From positions 1-46,654 of the forward strand of contig JBBRAX010000061.1 of the NCBI GenBank assembly GCA_038206395.1: a DNA stretch of 46,654 nt, read 5' to 3'. Below, piece after piece: positions 1 to 8,200 of this stretch; the stretch's first letter is position 1; each line of letters starts with the position of its first letter. The DNA is from Myxococcales bacterium. Lineage in GTDB: Bacteria; Myxococcota; Myxococcia; Myxococcales; Myxococcaceae. A model generated the notes under the pieces. The model did not search any database and had not been told where the DNA came from. It was given only the letters and a program-made list of their open reading frames with translations. Made by a program: the position numbers and the translations under genes.

Positions 1-187
1 GGTCATCCGCCAGCACCGCGGCAACGTTCACCTCACGTCGTCGCCAGTCTTCTGGCCGAGCACGGTGTTCGGCCGCATCTACACAGGTCACCAGGCCAGA
101 ATCACTGCCTCCGTCTGGGCGCCCGGCGGCACCAGCCGACCGCCAGGCGACGACGTCATTCAGCAGCTCCTGCTTCCGAACCTACCT

Positions 188-1762
188 TTAGCGAAAGTGC
201 CGCTGCACGGGCCGGCCTTCCGCGCGTTCTGGCGGAGCGATGCCGAGCATCGCGGCCAGCGTCGGAGCGGCGTCCTGCGGCTCGACCGGCGTGAAGTTGC
301 GGCCGGCCTTTACGTTCGGGCCCACCACGAACAGCGGGACGCGGCGGTCGTACGCGTTGCCCGACGAGTGGTCGGTGCCGGCGTCGTAGCCCCCTCCGAA
401 GACGAAGTACGCGTTGAGATCGAAGAGCACCGTGCCGCAGCGATCTTCGTAATTCGACCGCAACGCCAGCGCCTCGGCCGAACCCGGAATGCGCACGCCC
501 GGCACCGTCGACAGGCCCAGCGTCACCGCCGCGCGAAGCCTCGCCTTCTCATCCACCGTCAGGCCCTTCTCATCGAGGTACACGTGCGGCGGGGCGATCG
601 CTATCACCCGTGCCGACAGCTTCGGGCCGACCGCTGCCTTCGCCGCCGTCATCAGGGCGTCCGTGCTGATGCGCGCCGTCTTCAGCTTCAGCGCCGCGCT
701 CGCCTCGACCAGCGGGGCCGCTCCGTGATCGCTCGACACCACCATCGACCAGCCCGTCTTCCCGAACTTCGCGTCCAGCGTCTGGTTGAAGGCGCGAAGC
801 TCGCCGCTGAGCCGCTCGAGCAGATCGATCTTCTCTGCGCTGCCCGGGCCCCAGTTGTGACCTGCGTAGTCGGCCGCCGAGATTGAGATCATCAGCAGGT
901 CTGGCGTGCCGCGCTTGCCCAGCTGCTCGCCGTCGATCGCCGCCAGCGCAAGCTTGAACAGGTCGGACACCGAGGTCGGCGTCAGCCGGTAAGCCTTCGC
1001 ACGCTGGGCCTCGGGCAACGACTTGAGGTCGTGCGGGAAGGTGATGTCGAAGCCATCGGGCCGCGACTCGCCAGCGCGGGCGTCTTCGACGCGTGACGCT
1101 CCGCCATCGGGAAGCGGTGACCACTGGGCCGTGGCGAACGAACGGCCCGGCAGGTCAGCTTGCGCCGCCGCCCACGCCGGAAGCTCGGCCGCGTACGCCT
1201 TGCTGGTGGTGTACCGGCCGATCGCCGGCTCGTACCAGAGCGCTAGATCCGCCGTCGGGCCCGCCAGCAGAATTGCCGCACGATCCTTGCCGCTGACCGA
1301 GATGACCTTGCTCTTCGGGAAGCGCGACTTCAGCGTGTCGCCCAGCGTCGGCGCCTCGAGAAACCGCGCGCTCTTGCCGATGCCTTCTTTCGCACCCAGC
1401 ACCTGCTGGCCCGGGTCATCGATCGCGTTCCTTCCCTTCGCGTCCAGCATCCACTCGTTCGCGCAGATGCCGTGCGTGGGAACACCCGCGCCCGTCGACA
1501 GCGTCGCGTGCCCCGGCGCAGTCTCGGTCGACAGGTTGTCGTACCAGGCGTCGAACCGCGTGCCTCGGGACTCGAGCCCGCCGAAGTCCGACAGCTGCAG
1601 CGCCTCAAGGTCCGCGCTGCCCAGCTGATCAACGACGACGAACACCCCGAGCCGCGGAGGCGCCGCTTCCACTTTCGGCGCCGCACCGAGCAACACCGCG
1701 ACCAGGATTGCCGTAACCAAGGGGCGCTTTCTAAACCAAACGGATTGCAAAAGGGGTTGCAC
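188..1762 (-). CDS. Alkaline-phosphatase-superfamily protein, type I phosphodiesterase/nucleotide pyrophosphatase-like, secreted
   Basis: 576-aa ORF at 188..1918, trimmed to an in-frame GTG at 1762. This start gives a canonical signal peptide (M-QPLLQSVWFRKRPLVTAILVAVLLGAAPKVEA|APP). The mature protein opens with VFVVVDQLG and a Thr-rich PGHATLSTGAGVPTHGI segment typical of AlkP/NPP enzymes. GC3 is high throughout. Confidence 0.6.
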   Translation of the reverse strand: MQPLLQSVWFRKRPLVTAILVAVLLGAAPKVEAAPPRLGVFVVVDQLGSADLEALQLSDFGGLESRGTRFDAWYDNLSTETAPGHATLSTGAGVPTHGICANEWMLDAKGRNAIDDPGQQVLGAKEGIGKSARFLEAPTLGDTLKSRFPKSKVISVSGKDRAAILLAGPTADLALWYEPAIGRYTTSKAYAAELPAWAAAQADLPGRSFATAQWSPLPDGGASRVEDARAGESRPDGFDITFPHDLKSLPEAQRAKAYRLTPTSVSDLFKLALAAIDGEQLGKRGTPDLLMISISAADYAGHNWGPGSAEKIDLLERLSGELRAFNQTLDAKFGKTGWSMVVSSDHGAAPLVEASAALKLKTARISTDALMTAAKAAVGPKLSARVIAIAPPHVYLDEKGLTVDEKARLRAAVTLGLSTVPGVRIPGSAEALALRSNYEDRCGTVLFDLNAYFVFGGGYDAGTDHSSGNAYDRRVPLFVVGPNVKAGRNFTPVEPQDAAPTLAAMLGIAPPERAEGRPVQRHFR

Positions 1763-1796
1763 CGGCGCGACGCATCGACCACAAGCGCCCGCTCGA

Positions 1797-2711
1797 ATGG
1801 CGAAAGGCTCGTTCACGTTGATGGTGATCTCGGCGCACGACGTGCCCGTGCGCAGCTTCCACGTGCGCGCCCGCGTCTTCGTCTGGGCGGCGATCGCCGT
1901 CACCGCGATTGTCACCACCGCGTTGGTTGCCTCGAGCCACTACGCGTCGATTGTCGATGTCGCCGCCGAGAACCAGCCGCTGCGCCACGAGAACGCCGCC
2001 CTGCGTGCCGAGCTCGACGCCGTCTCTGGAAAGCTCGAGTCGATTGGCGGCACCCTCGATCGCGTTCAGCGGTTCGACCAGAAGCTGCGCACCAGCACCG
2101 TTTCCGAGGCCGGCTTCAAAAACCTCGCGATGGGCCCGACGCAGGCGCTCGCCTATACGCCCCGTGTGGATCCCGACGAGGTGACGGGGACGCGGGTGGT
2201 GGTGGAAGGCCTCCCGGCCGAAGCCGAGCGGCTGTCGACCGAAGCCATGCGCCGCGAGAACAGCCTTCAGCAGCTGCAGGCGTACTTCCAGGACCAGAAG
2301 TCTCTGCTCGCCGCGACGCCTTCTATCTGGCCGATTCGCGGAGTCGTCACCAGCGACTTCGGCGGCCGCGCGGATCCGTTCTCGATGGAGAGCGCGATTC
2401 ACTCGGGCATCGACATCGCGGCGCCGACTGGGAAGGAAGTGGTCGCTCCGTCTGACGGCACTGTCGTCTTCGCGGGCCTCGAGGGCGGCTATGGCAACGT
2501 GCTCGTCATCGATCACGGCTACGGCCTCAAGACCCGCTACGGCCACCTGTCGCACATTCAGGTCATTCAGGGCGCCCGAGTGAAGCGCGGCGATCGGATC
2601 GCGAATATCGGCAGCACCGGCAAGTCCACCGGGCCCCACCTTCACTACGAAGTGCGGGTCGACGGCCACCCGCGCAACCCCCGCGCCTACATTCTCGAAG
2701 ACCTCGAGTAG
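1797..2711 (+). CDS. M23 family (LytM-domain) metallopeptidase with N-terminal membrane anchor and coiled coil
   Basis: 304-aa ORF. The N-terminus has a hydrophobic segment (VFVWAAIAVTAIVTTALVA). It is followed by a coiled-coil region. The C-terminus has LytM hallmarks: GIDIAAPTGKEVVAPSDGTVVFAG...GYGNVLVIDHGYGLKTRYGHL...GSTGKSTGPHLHYEVRVDG (HxxxD...HLH). Confidence 0.8.
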   Translation: MAKGSFTLMVISAHDVPVRSFHVRARVFVWAAIAVTAIVTTALVASSHYASIVDVAAENQPLRHENAALRAELDAVSGKLESIGGTLDRVQRFDQKLRTSTVSEAGFKNLAMGPTQALAYTPRVDPDEVTGTRVVVEGLPAEAERLSTEAMRRENSLQQLQAYFQDQKSLLAATPSIWPIRGVVTSDFGGRADPFSMESAIHSGIDIAAPTGKEVVAPSDGTVVFAGLEGGYGNVLVIDHGYGLKTRYGHLSHIQVIQGARVKRGDRIANIGSTGKSTGPHLHYEVRVDGHPRNPRAYILEDLE

Positions 2712-5030
2712 TCAGTCGTCAATCACCACCGACACGGCCGCGCTCTGGCCCTCGCGGTGCGCGAAGGCGGCGCGAATGGTGTGCGCTCCAGGGGAAAGGG
2801 GCACGCGCAATTCGTGGGGCCAGCCGACCTGGGCCACGGGGCTGCCGTCGACGAGCCAGACGATCTCTTCGGTCGCGGGCGCCACTTTCGCGGCGAGCCG
2901 AATCGTCGAGAGCTCGCGCGGGGTGTCGGGGTCGTAGAGGAAACGCGACAGCGCCCGCGGCTCGGTGATCGCAATCTTTGCCACCGCCGGCGCCGCGCTC
3001 GGACACAGCGGGCTCTCGCGCGTCGGAGCAATCTCCAGCCGCTGCCTTCTCGCCCACGTGCCGTACACCTCGGGCAGCATCAGCATCGCCTTCGACACCA
3101 CGTGCTTCACGGGACATGCCGCCGTCGCCAGCAGGCCGTTGCGCGCGTCGAGCTTCACCTTCGCGTGGAAGGGGCAGGGCGCAGACGGCTCGGTGCCCGG
3201 CGCGAAGAACTCGGTCTTCGACGACGTGCACTCGGGGCCGACGAGGCGGCCAGACAGCGGGCAGACTTCGCGCGGCACCCAGTGCGTCGGCGGCGCGAAC
3301 GCCGAGGCCCACGCGAGGTGCGGCGCGCGGAGCGGCATTACCGCTTCCATGATCTTGTGAGCGGCCGGTGCTGCGCCTCCTGCTCCGCTCACGCCGTTCA
3401 TCTTTCGCCAGTCGTGGTTGCCGACCCAGACGACGACCGACAGGCGATCGCTGAGCGCCACCGCCCACGCGTCGCGGTAGCCCTGGCTCGTGCCCGTCTT
3501 CACTGCCACGGCGTGGTCGAAGTCGAGCGGGCCCCCCTGCGGGAAGCCAGGCCGCCGCGCTTCGGGGTCCGCCAACAGGTGCGCGGTCATCTGCGCCGCG
3601 TCGCGCGAGATGAGCCGCGCGCTTTCCGCCGCGGGCTTGCCGACCCATCGCTGCAGCGGGCGTGTCTCGCCGCCATTGCCCAGCGACGAGTAGAGGTTCG
3701 CGAGCTCCAGCGGCGTCAGGTGAAGGCTGCCGATCGCGAGCGAGAGGCCGTAGCGATCGGGCGACCAGTCGATGCCTTTGACTCCGCCCCGCTCGAACAC
3801 GTTCAGCGCGCGTTCGACGCCGAGCTCGGAAAGAAGGTTGAGCGCGGGGATGTTTCGCGAGTTGCCGAGCGCCTGCCGCAGCAGCATCGGGCCCATGAAG
3901 GTGTGGCCCATGTTCTCGGGCACGTAGGCGCCGCCCTGCACGGTCGCGAACTCCGTCGGCACGTCGGGCATTTCGCTGGCCGCGGTGTGTGAGCCCTTCT
4001 CGAGCGCGAGCGCGTAGATGAAGGGCTTCAGCGTCGAGCCCGGCGAACGCTTCGTCGCGAGGAAATCGATCGCGCCCTTCGCTTCTTCGTCGAAGTAGTC
4101 GGCCGAGCCGACGTAGGCGAGGATCTCACCCGTCGAGACGTCAGACACCACCGCTGCCGAGTTCGTCGCGTTCGCCCAGTGCAGCCGGCGCAGGTTCTCG
4201 ACGACCGCGCGCGCGGTGAGCTTCTGGATGTCGAGATCGAGCGTCGAGGTGGAGATCAGCGGCGCGCCCGGCGCTCTGAGCTCGCGGCTCCAGGCGAGGA
4301 CGGCGTGCATCGCGGCAGGCGTGCGTTGCGGGCGCGGCACGAGGCCGAGGTTGGAAATGGTCGCCTGCCGGTAGTCTTCGCCGGTGAGAATTCCGCGGTC
4401 GCGCAGGTTCTGCAGGATGCGGCGCGACCGCTTCAGCGCGCGCGCTCTGCCTTCCTCCGTCCACGGGCTCATCCGCCCCGGCTGCTGCGGCAGCGCGGCG
4501 AGGAAGGCGGCCTGCTGCCACGAGAGGTCTTCCGCCGGCTTGTCGAAGTAGAGGCGGGCCGCGCGGACGACGCCGTGCGCGCGATTCCCGTACGGCGCGA
4601 GCGTCAGGTACTGCCGCAGCACCTGGTCGTGCCCATGCCTGCGAATCAGCAGCAGCGCCTCGCCGGCCTCGCGCGCTTTTGCCCACAGCGACCTCGACGC
4701 GGGGTGCTGCATACGGGCGACCTGCATCGCGAGCGTCGACGCGCCCGAGACCACCCGCCCATTGCGCAGGTTCTGCCAGACGGCCCGGATGATCGATGGC
4801 GCGTGCACGCCCGCGTGGTCGTGGAAGTAGCGGTCTTCCGTTTCGATCGTCGCGATCGCGACCTTCTCGGGAAGCGCCGCCGGCAACGGCCAATAACCGA
4901 GCGCGTCGTTCGGTGACGGCACCTCGCCGAGGTAGCGACCCCGGCGGTCGAGCAGCAGGTGCGACGGCGCGTGCGTCTGCAGCTCCGAGCTCAGCGCGTG
5001 GACGTAGAGCGCGCCCAGAAGAATCAGCAT
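2712..5030 (-). CDS. pbpC: Penicillin-binding protein 1C (bifunctional class A PBP: transglycosylase + transpeptidase)
   Basis: The ORF is open from 5264; the likely start is the ATG at 5030 (M-LILLGALYVHAL signal anchor), giving 772 aa, typical for PbpC. GT51-like N-terminal half (ATIETEDRYFHDHAGV, RVVSGASTLAMQVAR). Transpeptidase motifs: SPGSTLKPFIY (SxxK), SRN, KTGT. It has the C-terminal extension seen in PbpC. It lies immediately downstream of an alpha-2-macroglobulin gene, the classic yfhM-pbpC pairing. Confidence 0.8.
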   Translation of the reverse strand: MLILLGALYVHALSSELQTHAPSHLLLDRRGRYLGEVPSPNDALGYWPLPAALPEKVAIATIETEDRYFHDHAGVHAPSIIRAVWQNLRNGRVVSGASTLAMQVARMQHPASRSLWAKAREAGEALLLIRRHGHDQVLRQYLTLAPYGNRAHGVVRAARLYFDKPAEDLSWQQAAFLAALPQQPGRMSPWTEEGRARALKRSRRILQNLRDRGILTGEDYRQATISNLGLVPRPQRTPAAMHAVLAWSRELRAPGAPLISTSTLDLDIQKLTARAVVENLRRLHWANATNSAAVVSDVSTGEILAYVGSADYFDEEAKGAIDFLATKRSPGSTLKPFIYALALEKGSHTAASEMPDVPTEFATVQGGAYVPENMGHTFMGPMLLRQALGNSRNIPALNLLSELGVERALNVFERGGVKGIDWSPDRYGLSLAIGSLHLTPLELANLYSSLGNGGETRPLQRWVGKPAAESARLISRDAAQMTAHLLADPEARRPGFPQGGPLDFDHAVAVKTGTSQGYRDAWAVALSDRLSVVVWVGNHDWRKMNGVSGAGGAAPAAHKIMEAVMPLRAPHLAWASAFAPPTHWVPREVCPLSGRLVGPECTSSKTEFFAPGTEPSAPCPFHAKVKLDARNGLLATAACPVKHVVSKAMLMLPEVYGTWARRQRLEIAPTRESPLCPSAAPAVAKIAITEPRALSRFLYDPDTPRELSTIRLAAKVAPATEEIVWLVDGSPVAQVGWPHELRVPLSPGAHTIRAAFAHREGQSAAVSVVIDD

Positions 5031-5066
5031 TGAAGCGAGTCCGATCCGTTTGACGCGCTTCCGGGG

Positions 5067-5163
5067 ATCCCGAGAGAAGTCCCGCTGCCGTTCATCCCGA
5101 GAGAAGTCCCGCTGCCGTTCATCCCGAGAGAAGTCCCGCTGCCGTTCATCCCGAGAGAAGTCG
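5067..5163. repeat. 27-bp direct tandem repeat, about 3.6 copies (unit ATCCCGAGAGAAGTCCCGCTGCCGTTC)
   Basis: Three perfect copies at 5067-5093, 5094-5120 and 5121-5147, then a 16-bp partial copy at 5148-5163 that diverges. The repeat is open in all three frames on both strands; ORF-track peptides show DFSRDERQR x4, SREKSRCRS x4 and SLGMNGSGT x4. It lies in the spacer between the macroglobulin stop (5265) and the proposed pbpC start (5030). Confidence 0.9.
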
Positions 5164-5237
5164 AGGGATGATCTTCCTCCGCGCCCGGCACCTGAAGCCG
5201 TGCCACCGAGGCGGCCCATCCCTCGACTTCTCTCGGG
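5150..5237. repeat. 20-bp perfect inverted repeat (CCCGAGAGAAGTCGAGGGAT / ATCCCTCGACTTCTCTCGGG) with a 48-nt spacer; the left arm continues the tandem repeat
   Basis: 5150-5169 is the exact reverse complement of 5218-5237. The loop carries a further small inverted repeat (GGCAC...GTGCC near 5188-5204). The transcript of either strand could form a long hairpin. Confidence 0.85.
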
Positions 5238-5264
5238 ACGAACGGGCTGAAGCCGGGGCGCCAT

Positions 5265-8200
5265 CTACTTCTCGCGCGACCCGGTGACAGCGATGCGCAT
5301 GCCCTGGCCGCGGCCGCGAATGGACTCGCGGTACATCATCTCGGCGTACGGAGCGGGGTGCACGAAGCTGCCTTCTGAGCTGGCGCGCACGCGGAAGTGG
5401 AACCCGTACGTCCCCGCGGGAAGCTCGTTGAAGTAGTACCGAACCTCGTGGTCGAGGCGCTGGACGAAGGTCGGCGTCAGCGAGTCCGACCGCGAAGGCG
5501 TCGCGTCCGAGCCACTGGTCGCGAGGGCCGGGTTCAGCGGCTCGAGGCCCGCCGCGAAAGGCACCACGAAGGCGACATGGTTCCGCGTCTGGTCATTGAC
5601 GATCTGCGCGTGAAGCTCGAGCACATCGCCGATTCCCACCTTCAGCGTCTTCCCCGCCGCGTCGTCGTGGTTTGTCGGCGCCGAGTTGTCCGGGTGCAGC
5701 CACGTCAGCCCCCGGCTCACGACTAGGCCATCGTTCTTCGCCACCACGCGGTCGCCCGGCGCTTCCGGCAGGTAGCTGTACGCGACGCGGGCGCCCACCG
5801 GCGCTCCGCTGACCGTCACCAGCTGCTGCGTCGCCTGGTTGAGGAACCGCTTCGCCGCCTTGCCCTTGTCATCGAGGATCACGTTCGGCGTCCCCGGAAT
5901 TTCGACAGTGATTCGCGGCGTCTCGACGCGGGCCTTCTCGAAGTAGAGCCCCAGCGCCACGATGCCGCGGCGGTTGTCGTGCGTCGTCCCGAAGCCCCAC
6001 CGCGCGCTGCCCTTCGCAATCAAGCCGTCGCGCAGCAGCGCCAGCCTTTCGTCCTTCGGATCCATCGCCAGCAGCGCTTCCATCACCGCGGCCAGCGAGG
6101 ACGTGCTCGAGCCCAGGTAGTACCCGTTCCACGCGCTGCGATCTCCGCGGATCGAGTCGAACACCTTCTTGCCCTTCACCTGCTTGAACACCACCGCGTC
6201 CCACAGCTCGCTCTTCATCGCGGTGAGGTTCGAGGCGAACACGTTCGAGCGTTCGCCCATCGCGGCCGCGAGGTCGGCGAGGCTGGTCGGGTCGAGCTCC
6301 TTCCGGCGCTGGAAGAGCTCGATCATGTAGTGCTCGTCCAGCGCGTTGGCCTGAGCGAGCGCTCGAATTGCCGCCGCCTGCTGGTTCCACCGGTACTGCG
6401 CGTAGAAGCCGTTGAAGTCGCTGCGCAGCACCCGCTTCAGCGCCTCCATCGCGCGCGTCCGCACCTTCTCGTCCACCGGCAGCCCCAGCTTCTTCGCCGA
6501 CGTCATGAACTCGACGCCCTGCGCGGTGAGCGCCACGTCCCCTTTGCTGCCCGGCCAGTACGCGAAGAAGCCACCGTCGTCCTGGTTCTGCGACAGCTCT
6601 TCCAGCAGCCGCTTTACGTTCGAGTTGAGCATCGGCGTGAAGCGCGTCTCGAGCTCCAGCTGCTTCAGCATCTTGCCCAGCACCAGATCCGGAGCCACCT
6701 GGCTCATGCGCTGCTCCAGACACCCGTGCGGGTACTCAGACAGGTACTCGAGCCCGCTGGCCAGCTCCAACACGCCGGGCAGGCTCGTGACGACGAAGCT
6801 CTGCGTGATGGTTCCCGGCCGCGCCGGCTCGGGGAAGGGCTTCATCTGCGTCTTCCCGGGCTGCAGCGTCTCGATCCACGAGAACTTCTCGACGGTGCGA
6901 TCGGGCAACAGCGGCAGCTTCACCTCGAACGCATCGCCCGCCTTGTCCGACTGCCGCGTCACGTCCATTCGCACGGTGATCGACGTCGCGGCGATCGTCG
7001 GCACCGCCTTCACCGTCACTGGCGTCAGCACCGACTGCGCCTTGGCTGCCTTCAGGTCGATCTTCGTCGACGCGATCGGCGTGCCCTCGACCGCGCCCGT
7101 GACCTTGATGTCGATCGACGCCGGCCCTTCGGCCCCTTCGACCAGCCGCGCGACCCCGCCCGGCCAGAAGCGGTCTCCGACGCGGACGAAGCGCGGCAGC
7201 TGCGGCTGCACCAGCACCGGCAACCGAACCTTCAGCGTCGTCTGCTTGAACCCGAACCGCTGCGCGCCCGCCACCGCGACGACGCGCACCTTGAAGTTGG
7301 TGAGGTCGTCCGAGAGCGTCACTGGAATCACCACCTTCCCCGACGGAGGCACCGTCACCGTCGCCGCGTAGAAGGGCACCGTCTTGAAGTTCTTGCGAAC
7401 GAGGCGCTTGCCCTCGCCGTTCTCGTCGTCGCTGCCGTCACCGCCTGGGTCCTCTTCGAGCTCGGTGACGCGGCCGACCACCAGGTTGCGCGTGTCGCGA
7501 ATCGAGGTGCCGCGGCTGTTGCGGCGAATGAGCTCGCTCAACGGATCCAGCGTCGCCTCGCGCGCCAGTGACAGCACCGCTTCGTCGACCAGCCAGAAAG
7601 TGACTTCGCCGCCCACCGGGCGCTTCTGGTCGTCGGTGAGCAGAATCGTGAAGTCCTGCTTCGTGCCCGGCTTCGCCACCTCGGCGTGAAGCACCTCGAG
7701 CTTGACCAGGTTCTTCACCGGCTCGACCTCGAGATCCACGCTCGCCGCCGACGACGCTGGCTTGTAGCGCGCGTCGTCCGTCTTTCCCTCGCCCAGCCGG
7801 CCGCGCATCAGCACCACATGCACGGGGACGTTCGGCACGAACTTGTCGGTCACACGCACGTCGATGACCGCCTTGCCGCCGCTGACGTTGTGCCAGGTGT
7901 ACGTGTTGCCCGTCGGCTCTTCGACGATGACCAGCGCGCGGGCCGACGTGTACGGGCTCTGCACCAGCAGGTGCGCGGTGTCGCCCGGTGCGTACGTCTT
8001 CTTGTCCGGCTTCAGCTCGAAGACGCCTTCTTTCGATTTGTTCCACGACAGAGGCGTCTGCCCTCCGATGTAGAGGTCGGCCTGCATCGTCTGCACGCGG
8101 CCCAGCTTGTCGCGGCTGAAGAGCTCGACCACGTAGACGCCCGCTTCCTTCACGTCGAACGACAGAGGCAGCGGCTTGTCACCCGAGGTGACGATCTTCT

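Noticed and set aside
65-886. 273-aa + strand ORF overlapping the AlkP-family gene
   Set aside because: It is entirely antisense to a well-supported gene. Its Arg/Ala/Gly-rich, low-complexity translation is typical of shadow frames in 70% GC DNA. No recognisable motif.
5067-5163. Possible CRISPR array
   Set aside because: The 27-bp units are directly contiguous with no intervening spacers. There are only about 3.6 copies and no cas genes nearby. It is a simple tandem repeat.
5050-5250. ORFs reading through the 27-bp tandem repeat (SREKSRCRS x4 on +, SLGMNGSGT x4 and DFSRDERQR x4 on -), including the 78-aa N-terminal extension of the pbpC ORF
   Set aside because: The repeat is open in every frame, so its ORFs are not evidence of coding. 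PbpC homologues begin with a short cytoplasmic tail plus TM anchor, which is satisfied by the ATG at 5030. An upstream start (5219 or 5264) cannot be fully excluded and is noted in the findings.
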